NCBI GenBank assembly: GCA_040954595.2
Contig: CM082594.2
Location: 6,023,962 to 6,087,961 of the forward strand
Source of the DNA: Balanoglossus misakiensis
Lineage: Eukaryota; Animalia; Hemichordata
Length of the DNA: 64,000 nucleotides
Direction: 5' to 3'
Position numbers and translations under genes: made by a program. The notes below the pieces were generated by a model that saw only the letters and a program-made list of their open reading frames with translations, was not told the DNA's origin and did no database searches. This document shows, piece after piece, positions 1-12,200 of this stretch (its first letter is position 1; each line of letters opens with the position of its first letter).

Positions 1-883
1 CCCGTTTAACGCTTAAACGCCGCTGGGGGAATAAATTATGATCATGCATCCAATTTGTATGCAAATCTCAATTGAAGACGATGGCCAGCTCAGTGCTATC
101 CCGGGATTTCATCGATATAACTGTCAGATTTTCATTTCTTTCTTGCAGTGTAATAGCAAGGACGCGCGGAGGCAATGTAAAATAAAAATAAAATGGCCAG
201 CAAGCGACGGTGGTCGTTATCACAGCCTGTATATCACAGTATGAAACGACAGACTTGGCGGGGTCCTCCGAAATTACTAGGTACAAGGCTATGTCTGTCT
301 GGCTTTGGAGACTCATCAGTCGCCAGAGTTTGTTTTCAGTGTCGTGGCAGAACGCGATGCCATTTTTTTCTAGTTATATTTTCCTTTTCTGGCACCCACT
401 GGCGCAGGACAGAAAGTTATTAGGGTTTTTGCCCCGTGTGGCGAGTTCCGCAAATGATTAGATCGAATATATTCTCGTTTATCTCCGTTTAACGCCAAAC
501 TGTCGTGCTCTATCGCTGCTTTACAAAACGCAATAATGACGGTCGGTTTGATAACAGTGTCTCCATCTCTCGTCGACTTGGCCAATTCTACCTGAGAGTC
601 GCAGATTTTCTTATCAGAGCATGAGTGTTTCTAACGAAAGTACTAGAAATGTTTGAAATTGTTGGCCAGGCAAAAAATGCAAACGTAGATATAGTCTTCT
701 ATGTTGGTTACACGGTGTATATAGAATAATTCTTCGTGTGACGTCATACCGTTCAATGAGATCCCTTCATTACTGGACAGACAAAATGGCCATCAATGCA
801 TATTTTTAATTTGGAGCATTCCCGGCCAAGTCGATCTCTAATTTGAGTGTGACAATGTCTCGTGTTCGCATGTAAGGGGTTAA
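1..883. mobile_element. Possible right end of a piggyBac-like non-autonomous element
   Basis: Ends in GGGGTTAA (876-883), which fits a CCC terminus plus TTAA target. The matching left end is not in the window, so this is weak. Confidence 0.2.
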
Positions 884-2206
884 ATTGCCCCATATATGGG
901 ACGCTTTAGTTGGTGATCGTTAAAAGCAATCGATTTGTTGTACAAGTAACAACTGCTGGTTTCGTGACGCCAGCACAAAATCAAGAAATATGGACGCAAT
1001 CTGTGGGAACGAATCGAACTGGGTGGACCGGTATTACCAATTACATACTCGGTTCGGTCGATGGACTAGCATTTTCTTCGAGCAGGAGGCCGAAAAGCGC
1101 GGCACTCTCTTCTAGTTTCTGCGCATATATGAACATCCTCGAACCCTGTCGCCAGAAACGAGGCCATCTCTAATCGGCTTTTTTCGAGTCGCTGATTAAA
1201 TAGTTACTGCTTAGATAACGACAGGAGGTTTTAATGTTGAATTTTTGATATTACCAATAAAAGTTTAAATTTGAGATATCGACGCGAGATAGGGGGATGC
1301 TGTACACTCCCTGGGGACTGGGGAAAGTGAGAGCACTCGTTGACTCCAATTATGTCAAGCTCCCAGAACTTCGACCGTCGCGCGGTCAACTCGATAATGA
1401 CACATGTACTGATATGAAACCAGGCATAAAATCAGCTACATCAACTCCAGAAGGGCCGCGGCACTTTCCATGAGAATATCTTACATGACAGCCTCGTACG
1501 GGAGAATCGAGGAAGGGCACTCTGTTTTACTTGACTTCGGAAAGTGCTCATATAGTAGCTATTCACAGCCACCGTGACGTCGACTGGATGCAATAATCGA
1601 GAAAATGTACATTTATTGAGCTAATGATAATCAGCTATATGAACGCGCCTCTTAGTGGCCCAGCAACTTTCCAATCCGCGGAGCTACTCCGCGACGTCAC
1701 ACGCTGACTATCTGAGCAACGTCTGCTGCTCAGTTGTGCAAATGCTCTCTCTCTCTCTCCGGGCCGGCGCCACTCATGTCTGTCTGCGGCGATAAATCAA
1801 ATCTTTAAATTGAAATTAACTATTCCATATTGCGACATGTGTGCGACGTGTAATGGAAAGCGCGGTTCAATAAATATTATTCTCTTGAAAGATATCCCGG
1901 CATTCGGCTCGTGAATTTCCCTTTAATCTTTCTTTGCAATCGATTATGATCTTGATATTGCTTAGGGATTCACTATGTACAGATGACGGATTGGTGGGCT
2001 GCGTTTCCTCGCGACAAGGTCAGCCAAACCAGAATCCTGGTCTTGCAATAATTCACCGCGCTGAGCAAACAGCACTCTATCCATCCCAAGCCAATGGTGT
2101 ACAGCGGAAGTAACACGTCATCGTGACGAATCGTTGCAATCATCTGTGCGTTCAACTACCCGTTTGTCACTTGAAGCGGAACCAGAACTGATTTCCCTGA
2201 AAACTA

Positions 2207-3372
2207 ATTAGGGCACAAGCCAAGCAGGCTTGTGCCCTATTGGTATTACTGGGGTTTTTCATCCTCTTCTTTTTCTTGTGTAGTTTTTTTGCCCAATAGG
2301 ATCTTGAAAACGGCTGAACCTACAAATCTCAAACTTGGCACAGTGATGCAGGCCTATGAGAGCTGGTGCAGTACCCTCGTGAATGTTTAATAAGTCATGT
2401 GACCTCATGACCATATATGGGCAAAGTTTTCAAATGGGCCTAATTTGCATATGAATGGAGATATCAAAATTCTTTTAGCAATTTTTGCGGACCATGTGGT
2501 CAGTGTCCTATATGCCAAATGTCAAGGCCGTGGGCCAAGTCTATTGTGAGAAGAAGATTATTAAATATTATTTGTCATATTTGTGGACCCAGCCATAGGC
2601 CTATACTTTCTATAGTTAAGCTATGACGCTATGTCCACGTCTGTGCAATTGTCCTGTACAGTGACAGTCTAGTGGCCCATGAGCTGAATGGGACCAAAAT
2701 AAAAGACAAAATTTTGGGCTCACCTGTGACACCTGCTTAACTCATTAATTATGTGCATACCTAATTCCAGACTAACTAATAGGGCTAGAGGTTTTGTTCT
2801 TTCGGGACATGGACCAGTATGGGATCAAAAATTTTTGCCCAAATTTTGGGTGACCTCAGGTGACCTTTGACCTACTTTCCTATATCTCGGCATCCACAGC
2901 AGGTACAGACTTGGCGTTTGGAGGGTTGTGACTAAAATTGAAAAGACAAAATTGAAGGTCACCTGTGACACCTGCATATCTCATTAATTATGTGCATACC
3001 TAATTCCAGGCTAGCAAATAGGGCTAGAGGTTTGATTTTTGTTGAATATGGACCAGTATGGGATCAAACATTTTTGCCCAAATTTTGGGTGACCTCAGGT
3101 GACCTTTGACCTACTTTACCATATCTCGGCAACCAACGCAGATACCGCTTTCGCATTTGGAGGGTTGTGACTCCTAATAGAGCCTTATACTTTACCTCAT
3201 TAATTATGTGCATATCTAATTCTAGGCGAACCAATAGGGCTAGATGTCTGGTTTTTCTTGGACCTGGACTAGTATGGGGTCAACATTTTTTGCCCAACTT
3301 TCAGGTGGCCTCAGGTGACCTTTGACCTTCGGCTTAAGCTTGTGCCCGTCATCGCTGCTTGCAGCTATATTT
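2207..3372 (+). mobile_element. Non-autonomous Helentron/HINE (DINE-1-like) element in intron 5
   Basis: 5' stem TAGGGCACAAGCC (2209-2221) pairs with GGCTTGTGCCCTA (2227-2239), followed by a short CT-rich tract and internal tandem repeats. The 3' subterminal inverted repeat GCTTGTGCCC (3338-3347) is followed by a GCTGC-TT-GCAGC stem-loop (3354-3365) and a T-rich end. Confidence 0.7.
2701..3329. repeat. Tandem repeat of about 239 bp, about 2.7 copies, inside the Helentron-like element
   Basis: CTCATTAATTATGTGCATA recurs at 2741, 2980 and 3196. CAGGTGACCTTTGACCT recurs three times. Confidence 0.9.
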
Positions 3373-4268
3373 CATTTTTTGACGCGCAACAGTTAAAACA
3401 TCTAAAACGCGTACCTGCATCCTATCCGATTGGCTTCGCTGGTCCGCGGGCTTAACAACCGTTGCATTGGATCAACTAAAAGTAAATGATTTCAGATCGT
3501 GTTTATTTGACGAATTCGACACGAAAAGGCAGTCGATTACTTAATTCGCCGCCGCCAACTAAAAGAACCAGTTCTGCGCGATTTGACACCCGCGGCAAAG
3601 AATCTTCCAGAAACCTGTCGGCATTTTCCTGTCATGAGATCTCAATGTTTCAAGCTCACCAGTGACACGCTGAAGATATATCATGTTGGTTGCCAGCGAA
3701 GAGAGACGATATCAAGATATCGATTGCAACTGCAATCGAAACAGCTGCCATACTGATGATGTTGATGAAAGCCCGACATGCCATGTCAAATTTCATTTCT
3801 TTATGATGTCTGTTCAGTGTTTGCTTCACAGTCTACGGGGATTGCTACATTTGCTCTGGCGTGTCAAAAACGCAATTAACGACGCGTTAATCGTCATACT
3901 GAATATATTTCATAACATTTCTGATTGCTCTTAATCCCAGGGTCTTTGCATACAGGTTGCCATCCCCGGATCTCGGGACAATAAAACGGAAGGGGTCTAA
4001 GCCGTGCGTCACGGCTAGCGTAAAATAGTCAATTGATTGGGTGAATTAGTGACACGACAAACTGTCGGCGCGGGGAATGTTGTTAAAATGATGGACAATG
4101 GCCTAAGGGTTTAGTAAACACGGATTAAAAGGAACGTCAATGGATTGAACAAATGGTCTCTCGACACTATGTAACTTTAACTGTGAAAACAAACCTAACC
4201 GGATGAAAGACTGCCGACGTCACATTTGGTTGCCAAGGAATCTCTCCATATGAGGAGACGTGTGCGAG

Positions 4269-4282
4269 GATGATGGTGGTGG

Positions 4283-4354
<72 letters not shown>

Positions 4355-4370
4355 CGACGACGACGACGAC
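4269..4370. repeat. Compound microsatellite (GAT)2(GGT)3(GAT)23(GAC)6
   Basis: Seen directly; it generates the poly-D, poly-M and poly-I pseudo-ORFs in the track. Confidence 0.97.
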
Positions 4371-6102
4371 GAAAAGTCGGCCAACATCATTTCTGATGGA
4401 ATCGAATTTCAGGAGATACACACTCTGTCGGCGTACGTCGAGTCTTTCTCTACACCGCGTAGGCCTATATGCGATATGCTTTGGGTTTATCAATATTCCT
4501 TAAGTGGTATTTCAAGTTAATGGACACAGGTACCCTTCACCTTTCAACGACCCCGATAATCTGCCTCCAGGTGCCATCCCCCGCCACGACAACAAAATCC
4601 GGTTCTGATCACCTTCTCACGAAAGACCGCTTTTTGGAGTGGACGACAAATCCAAAAATCCGTCACCGAGAATTGCCAAATGGTATACTGTTTGTGTACA
4701 GAGGCTAATCTCAGTGGATGAGCCATGCAGATGTTCTAAGACTACTTTCTGGGTTTCTGCCGCTTGAGAATAAATGCTATCCACGAAACAGAAGTGGCGT
4801 GTGTCGTGCTAGTTTTTAAGGGTGTGGTCGATGTCACTGAGAAATGGCAGTATAAAAGCACTGTTTATCTTAACATTTTGGGTTTCATCTACAGTAGCTA
4901 TTAACTGTGTAAATATACATGTACGCATGTTAGTCTTGCTGATTGGTAACATCGGTGAAAGTGCAGGGCATTATGGATTTCATGTTACCAGTACATGAAT
5001 GTTGATCCAAGTACCGGTTGGGTGAACAACAGACTACAGTTGTTGTTGTTGTTTTAACTCCCTGTTTTTTTAGGTTTCTACCTGCGCGGCGATCCTTAGT
5101 TATCCAATCACGTCAGATACCTCAACTGTTAAACTCGTTTTAATACTTGAACTGGCACCACGAGTATATTCGTGCGATCCACCGACACTGACGTACATCG
5201 ACTCATTAACGTTGACAGGGAACATCCGGGGAAACCCTGCTACCGGGCACGGTTCCCAGAATCCGTATCGTCGTACCCGTCCGTCGTCAACTTCCGGTGA
5301 AAACTCACAGTGATCGGAACTCTGTGGGTTCCAACGGAAGTTTGCGTGCCGCCCCGGGGCAGAATTCACCACCAAGTCTGACATGATAGATTTTATATGG
5401 ATGGAGATAACGACCGATATATTAAAAGAAGCAAACATACTCCAACTGACAGCGCATCGCCCGGTCTCTCAACCACTCAGGAAGTGCGTAAATGAACCAA
5501 TAGTGAAAACAAACACTCAAAAGCTTCTGTGTCACTCAAGAGAGATCAGTCAGTCTAATTGCTCGGTTGTTACAGTACAGATGACACTTTTTTCTGAAGG
5601 ACGTGAACAGAATTCAACTTAAATGCCTTTCGCAGTTAGTTGACGCTGACTTAGAATTGGTGATTGAACAGCGCCACACTTTGCTCTCATTTCTCACAGT
5701 TTTCAGGCGATCTCATTCTCGGGAGAAAAGACATAAAGGACTGTGGATTCAACTATAATTCATAACCAAGGTATATTGTGTTGCACCCTTTGTACGTGTA
5801 GTGTAAACGTCCATGTTTAAAAATGGATATTAAAAGATCTTTTGTGAAATATCTCGCTAGAGGAAGCACCGAGCCGGCGACAAGCAATAATCATCGTGAG
5901 CACCACGCCCATATAGACAACCGGACCAAAGAAGAGGGCGTTTTGGGCCAAAACAAAAACATGCGATCGGTCGCGAATAATTTAAACAACATATAGAATT
6001 GTATACTAACGTTTAGCGTTTGTAAAACTCATAAAGGGTTGCCGGAAACTCCAATGCTATGAGACTGGACTCATGTTATTGTCAATATTGCTTGAAACTT
6101 AC

Positions 6103-6235
6103 TTTTTTCTTGACAGAGCTCTCCTTGGAATCCACACTCAGGTACATCAACGGGCTGATGGGCGCCAGGCCAGTCGATCGGAACACCCTCCACGGGCTCA
6201 TACCGTTTCCTCGTGCCATTGTAATTGGCGATCAC
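6103..6235 (-). CDS. NPR1-like: Coding exon 5 (133 nt), absent from the ORF track: [44 protein letters not shown], juxtamembrane segment
   Basis: Acceptor TCTTCCGTATTTTTTACAG|GTG and donor AAAA|GTAAGT, phase 1. Resembles the NPR1 segment VVLNYNGTSQELV...[22 protein letters not shown], including both cysteines. Confidence 0.93.
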
Positions 6236-9200
6236 CTGTAAAAAATACGGAAGAGTTTAGTGTTGCGAGCAAACCTAGCTTGATAAGCAGCATTGGATAA
6301 CTGAAAAGGTTTATCTTACAACATCATTAATTCACCATTGGGAGGATTATGGGCGAAGGCGGCCATCTTTAATTCCATCTCGATTTACTGCGTACAAGAC
6401 ACACATGAACATTTAGTAGTAGCATATCCAGGTTAATTTTTCATTTCGCTGCTCTGATGTTATAAGTGCTAGTTTTTCGGATACAAAAATACACCAGAAA
6501 CTCTTTTTTGTCAAGTGAGTCCAAACCTATATCACTCTGCTCTAAAGAAGAATATACATATGAATTTTAAAAACTCGTGCGTTGGCAGCCATATTTTGGG
6601 TATACTCAAGAGACCAATTTAACACCTGTTTTCAAATGTCCATAATTATACAATTCTTGGTCACGTGTTAGGAACAAGAAACTAAAGATCGCAAGGTGTG
6701 CACAAAATCGTTACATACTATTATAGTGAAACTAAAATCATCATTAAATACTGCTCAAAGATACCGAAAGCTTTATCATAGGCCATTATTGTTCATTATT
6801 TCGCGAGCATAAACGCTAAGCTTAAAACGTCGGTGCAGCGACCTATGATGGTACATATACCATATACTCGCAGGTGGTAATTATTCCTGTCTATGCCTGC
6901 AATCCATGACTCCACTATACACTACACCACACCACACCACACTACATTTGCGTAGCGGCCATCGACGAGTTCAAACAACCGCACTACGCCCTGAGATGCG
7001 CACAGCACACGATCCACAACACATCTCGGCGATCGAAATCGCCTTGACGACCGCGCCTCTTTCAATACCAAAAGCGCGGCGGCGCGCGGAAAAAAGCTGA
7101 AGTCCCGGATCATTACCATGCGTAAAGTATCCTTTACCGTCGGGTTTTTTTATTTCTGAACAGAGCTTGATCATCCCTACAGCCACTTGAAAAGAATGTA
7201 CACGTGTCTTCGGCATTACCCAATTTCCTAGTCGCGCATTTGTTATCTCCTTCGCTGAGATTTTAAGCCGTTGCCACGCTGTATAGTTAGAATTAGTTAA
7301 CAGCCAAAAGCTCCATTGGGCGCATTTCAGATTATTATCTTCGGGGATTCATTTGCAGTATCTTGTTCTGTGTACAATATTGCAGCTTGCTGCGGCCCCT
7401 TCCTCAATCATCGTCCGCATTTTACATATTCCATAGAATAAACGAGTGCGGGGGATTTCTTTTCTTGCGACCATTTTGTTTAAATTAATCAAATTATTTT
7501 AAAGTACGAAGAACGGGCGACTCGTTTTTCAAACCAATATAGAGCCCCGCGCGTAGAAACCCAATCGGTTAATTTAGATAATGGCGCAATTCGACACATA
7601 GGCACGGCGGCTGTGGTACAGACGTAGCTTTGTATCGACCGATACTAAGATGTTTTTCTCGCAAGTTCTGGATAATATATGTCTCGAGGGATATCATAAA
7701 AGACATTTTTGCTATAAAGAAGCTTGGCCACGACATCCACATTTAGTTTCAACAAAAACACATTGACTTCATTTGTTTATATTGCTAATAAAATAAATTG
7801 TTCTGTAGTGATTCTAAAATATGTAAGTATTGTACAATACCATCCCCATTCCATCTATTAATATATCCGATAGCTGTCTTTTGCAACAATGGGCGGGGGT
7901 CAAAGTCTGGGAGCTTTAATATGGAAAAAGTGTCCGTACACGTGCAGATTGTGGTCAATTCTTGCACGTCTGCGCATCGACAGCCATATTCATTACGTAA
8001 ACGCCCTCAAGGCTGTACTGAGTTGTGAATTTTTCTCTCTTCAAGATCGGTATGAATTCGAGGACGGGCAAATCACACGCATCGCTTAATGCAACAACAC
8101 GAGAACACCTTAGCCGACGACTAAAATCTAAAAAGGAGCGCGAGGGCACTGTTACCCTGGCAACAGCATGAAATATTCACATTAAACTGTCGTCAAAAGA
8201 TTCGCATGTAATAAGAACCTTGCATTATCATGGCTATTCACAAGCGGACGTTGACAACGGATGATGTACATGCAAGTCAGGCGACGTTTTCCAGCTCAAT
8301 TCCTCTGTTGGCCAAGACGATAGTCGTTAAAATAAGTAAAACACACACTTCGTGATGTCGAATGTGAACATTTAGAATTCAAATACGCAAGTGTTCCTTT
8401 TTTAGATTTTTTATTTGGAGAATTGCATTTTATCTACCGGTTTCACCAACTGATAACATTATAAAACATATTTGTGTTTAGTAGGTGTGTCTTGAAAAAT
8501 TGGCCTCATTTGCAGATTTAATAATTTTTAGTAAATACACCTAGAAATGAATGAATAATTACGTAATTGATCGATTACCAATGTTTTGCAAATGTTACTG
8601 ACTAAGATTACAGTCGCCGAGGCGAATGTGAGTTAACATCATATCATTTTCCAAGATATGCTTTTATGAAATATTTATCTTTCTTGCGCAAAATATGGCA
8701 GATGAGATGCGGTAAATGGCAGGGATTTTGTTTATGGGAGATGCAGTAGATGTTATCTCCTACTAATGCGTATGATGGGATAAGATCTCTGGCATTCTCA
8801 ACCGGGCTTAGTTGATATTTTCTTTCAAAATCCTGCGAAATCCTGCTTCGAACCCACTTGACCGCTATATTCGTCTATTATCATCAACGCTCCCTTTTAG
8901 TGCCGAGCTTCCTTCCACGAAATTTATTTTCCTTTTTTTCAGATTCGCGTGCTTAGAGCAACATCAGACTAATGGCGGCTTTCACTTGCCATTGAATGCT
9001 TATCTGCCAGTCGCTCGGCCACTAATCGGACGCACGGCAGAGCCGCGCATCGATTGGCATACAGAACGCCAGAGAAAAGGGGGCCCTCCTTTGTGCTGCA
9101 CACCTGGCTAAATATAGCAACCGTTTTAAAACCACTTTCCTCGCAGACACCTGCCCTGCCAGTTGCCGGGAATGCTCGCAATTACTATTGTTTGCCACGG

Positions 9201-12200
9201 ACGGTAATTGCCCGTCATTTTGGGCCCCGGTGTTTCCAACGCCGGCAAAGGCGGCGGCGAGCGGTTGCTGTGATGTTCTCTGACTGCCAATATATACTTC
9301 GCTGGGCACCGTGCGACTAATCGCGCGCGGTTTCTGTGGAGACTGTGTGCTCTTATCCAGCCAGGCGAGAAAGCGCACTAATGCGTTTTAATACTGTAGG
9401 CCTAACAAGATTTGAATTCTACGAGCTCGGCGTTTTTATTTGCTTCGCACATCGTCAGATAATTCTTCTTTATTCGCACTGATGCCACTCTTTAGATGGT
9501 GCATGAACATCAATTTGCTACCTCCCCCCCCCCCCTTCACGAAACTTAGACTTTCCCAGCGTTGATGTTTTTTTCCAGGACAGGTTCAACGACTGACACC
9601 ATTTCCGGGTCACTGATTGGACCCTGAAATCACAAGAACCCGGGAAAAGAACATAACATTCATAAAGACTCCTTAGTAACCACGCAAAGTGCCAATCACT
9701 GTATCACTGTGTAGATCCACGCCGCAACTGCCAAGGGCAATTTGAAGAAAAGGGCGTAACCCAAGGCAAAATGTTTGAATAATGAAATGAAATAAGGATA
9801 GAACCGATCTTGCCGTACTGGTGCAGAAGTTGATAAATGTTACCAGGAAATACGCAACGTTGGGCTTGCATACCCGTTCCTGAGGTTGGTGGGGGGGGGG
9901 GGGGGCGTTTTATTGCTGAATTATACAACCTGCATACGTTTCACTAATTTAGAAAGTCTACAGTTTAATTCTGATGACAAAGCGTCAACAGACTCCCCCC
10001 AAGGTAACAATGCAGTGTTTGGATGACAATTATTGATATTGCGTAATGATGACTTTGCCCCATGTGGAGCCAGACCGTTGATGAAACATGCCGACGTAAT
10101 GATATTCATTTTCTATTAATACTATCAAGATCGATATAGCAGGGTTTCATAAAATTGTTCCAGTATTTTTGATGTCTCGAAATGATTCGAAGGAAATATC
10201 TGCGCAGAAATCTTAATTATGACTAGAATGACGATGGCTTGTTGGCGGCTGGTGGATATTGCCTGAAGAATAATTGGACTTGTGTTCTGGCACCGTTTGT
10301 GTCTTTTTTGACGATGGATATTCGTTGCTTATTAAATAAAGTATAATTACATAACTATAAATTTATACAAAGTTGTGGATGTAAATATGACAATAATGAA
10401 ATTAGTATGCATTGAAAATTGCATGATCTCTATCGGTTCCCACGTCATAAATATTTATGGTACTATAACTGACAGACTTTTGGCAGGCTCTGTAGTCCGG
10501 GAATAGATTGACAGATTGCGTGTTCCGGGCCCCAGCACTTGCGCATGTAATGATTAATGTCAACAATATGGCGTCGTGTAAATGGCTTGTTAATTGCGGA
10601 ATTATGACAACGAAACCTCGGATGATGACCTATTATGATGCTGTCGGTAAAATTACGTCGCATTATTGAATTCTCGAGATCAACGGCGCCAATGTCTAAT
10701 TCGACATGCACCACCCCGTCGCGGCCGCCACGTCACCGTGTCTCTTCTGTGGTTTGCAAGTCGCGGCGACATGGGTCTTCTCTCTCAGGGGGCCGTTCAC
10801 GTTCGCTTGACTGACCGCGAGACGCTGTCTCTCCGATGCACCGGCCTTGCTTCGTAATAAGCCATCTCTAATCATCGCATGTCATTCATCCAGCGCGCAG
10901 TAATCTCGGTTATCGGAAGGGGACGATGTACTGAGTGTCCCCGCGGACGCAGTTTTCCGGTTTCGTGGGCGACCCTTTTAGAACTCAATAAAGTGTGCAT
11001 ATTGCCACCCATTCTTCAACGCGCCACCTTTTTTCGCTTCCTTGAGGATGTACAGCTATCTATTGCACAGGCAATCAAGATCCGTTTTATCGACCTTCAA
11101 AAGACCTGGTCGTAAAGCCCCCCCCCCCCCCCTTACATTCGAAGCAGCCTGTTTTACGGCAGACCTATAGCAAAGCATTGGTTAGTTTTGAATTTTTAAT
11201 GACGAGCTAAATTGAATCTGCAAGGGAATGGAGCAGTTTCCTCCCAATGTCCCATATGCTGTTTTATTACCTCACACGAACGACAACTATCGTGCGCTTG
11301 TTTCGTAATTTTGGATCAAAAAACACACTGCAATCTTTGATGCGTGCTTCCCTGCCGGGAACATTAATACCAGGTGGAATTCTGGCAATATCTCAACGGC
11401 AGTAGATCAACTGGTGCGTGGACGGCCAGAGATTGGTTTTCGCCCAAAGCCAATATTCAGGCACCTCACGTACCGAACTCTTCTCTCATCTCGGCCGTGC
11501 AGTTAATGTCGATCAAACGCACAAATGAATGAAATATGCGACCTTCCGAACACTCTCTTAGCAATTTTGATGAGAATCCAATTCTATTTTCTCTTTCTGT
11601 CTAACGTCCTTTCATTTCCTTGTGTGAAAACAAATTACAGCGTATGGCCCGGTGACATCCCGTTCATCGCCCGGTGGTTTCCAATCACGCCTTCTCTTTG
11701 TGCGGGTCGGAGGGGGAGGAGGGGCAGCGGAGAAGAATTACAAGGTCTGACTGGCAAGTTGGCGGGGGCGTCGGCAGTGGAAAAAGGAATGCGACCGTAT
11801 ATTCGGAAGCTCCGAAGGGCTTCCGTCACTACCGCGTTCCGTCACGAACAGGATGAAGTTCACTCAACACGACGTACTGACCATGGCAATATTTTGGACG
11901 TTACATGCGCATGGTGTGCGAAGTAGATTTCTGCGCAGAGACTTAAAAGAGGGAAAGGTCGCAATATACTCAGAATTTACGTTAAACTATTGTAATATGT
12001 AAGAATTAGATTGCACATAAATTGAAAAAAAGAACACACCAAGGGCCTCAAAAACTATTAAACGCAAGACACTTGTATTCAATGTTGTAGCAACAGACAG
12101 ACGAGTGGGCAAAACATATGGACAACATTTTCCAGACAGACATCTTTCCAACGTCATAGTTGGCATCCGATATTTCCCAAGGTCCAGCGGGAGGGGAGTG

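Noticed and set aside
1295-1370. Possible SINE remnants here and near 53480-53560
   Set aside because: No A/B boxes, tail or second copy in the window; a repeat-library search would be needed.
3657-3785. Minus-strand hydrophobic frame MACRAFINIISMAAVSIAVAIDILISSLFAG as candidate transmembrane exon 6
   Set aside because: No pyrimidine-rich acceptor in the required phase, an Asp in mid-segment, no basic stop-transfer residues, and the frame ends in a stop.
4167-4520. Poly-Ile, poly-Asp and poly-Met ORFs; the poly-Ile frame superficially resembles the missing transmembrane exon
   Set aside because: They are translations of the (GAT)n microsatellite, with no suitable phase-1 acceptor/donor pair.
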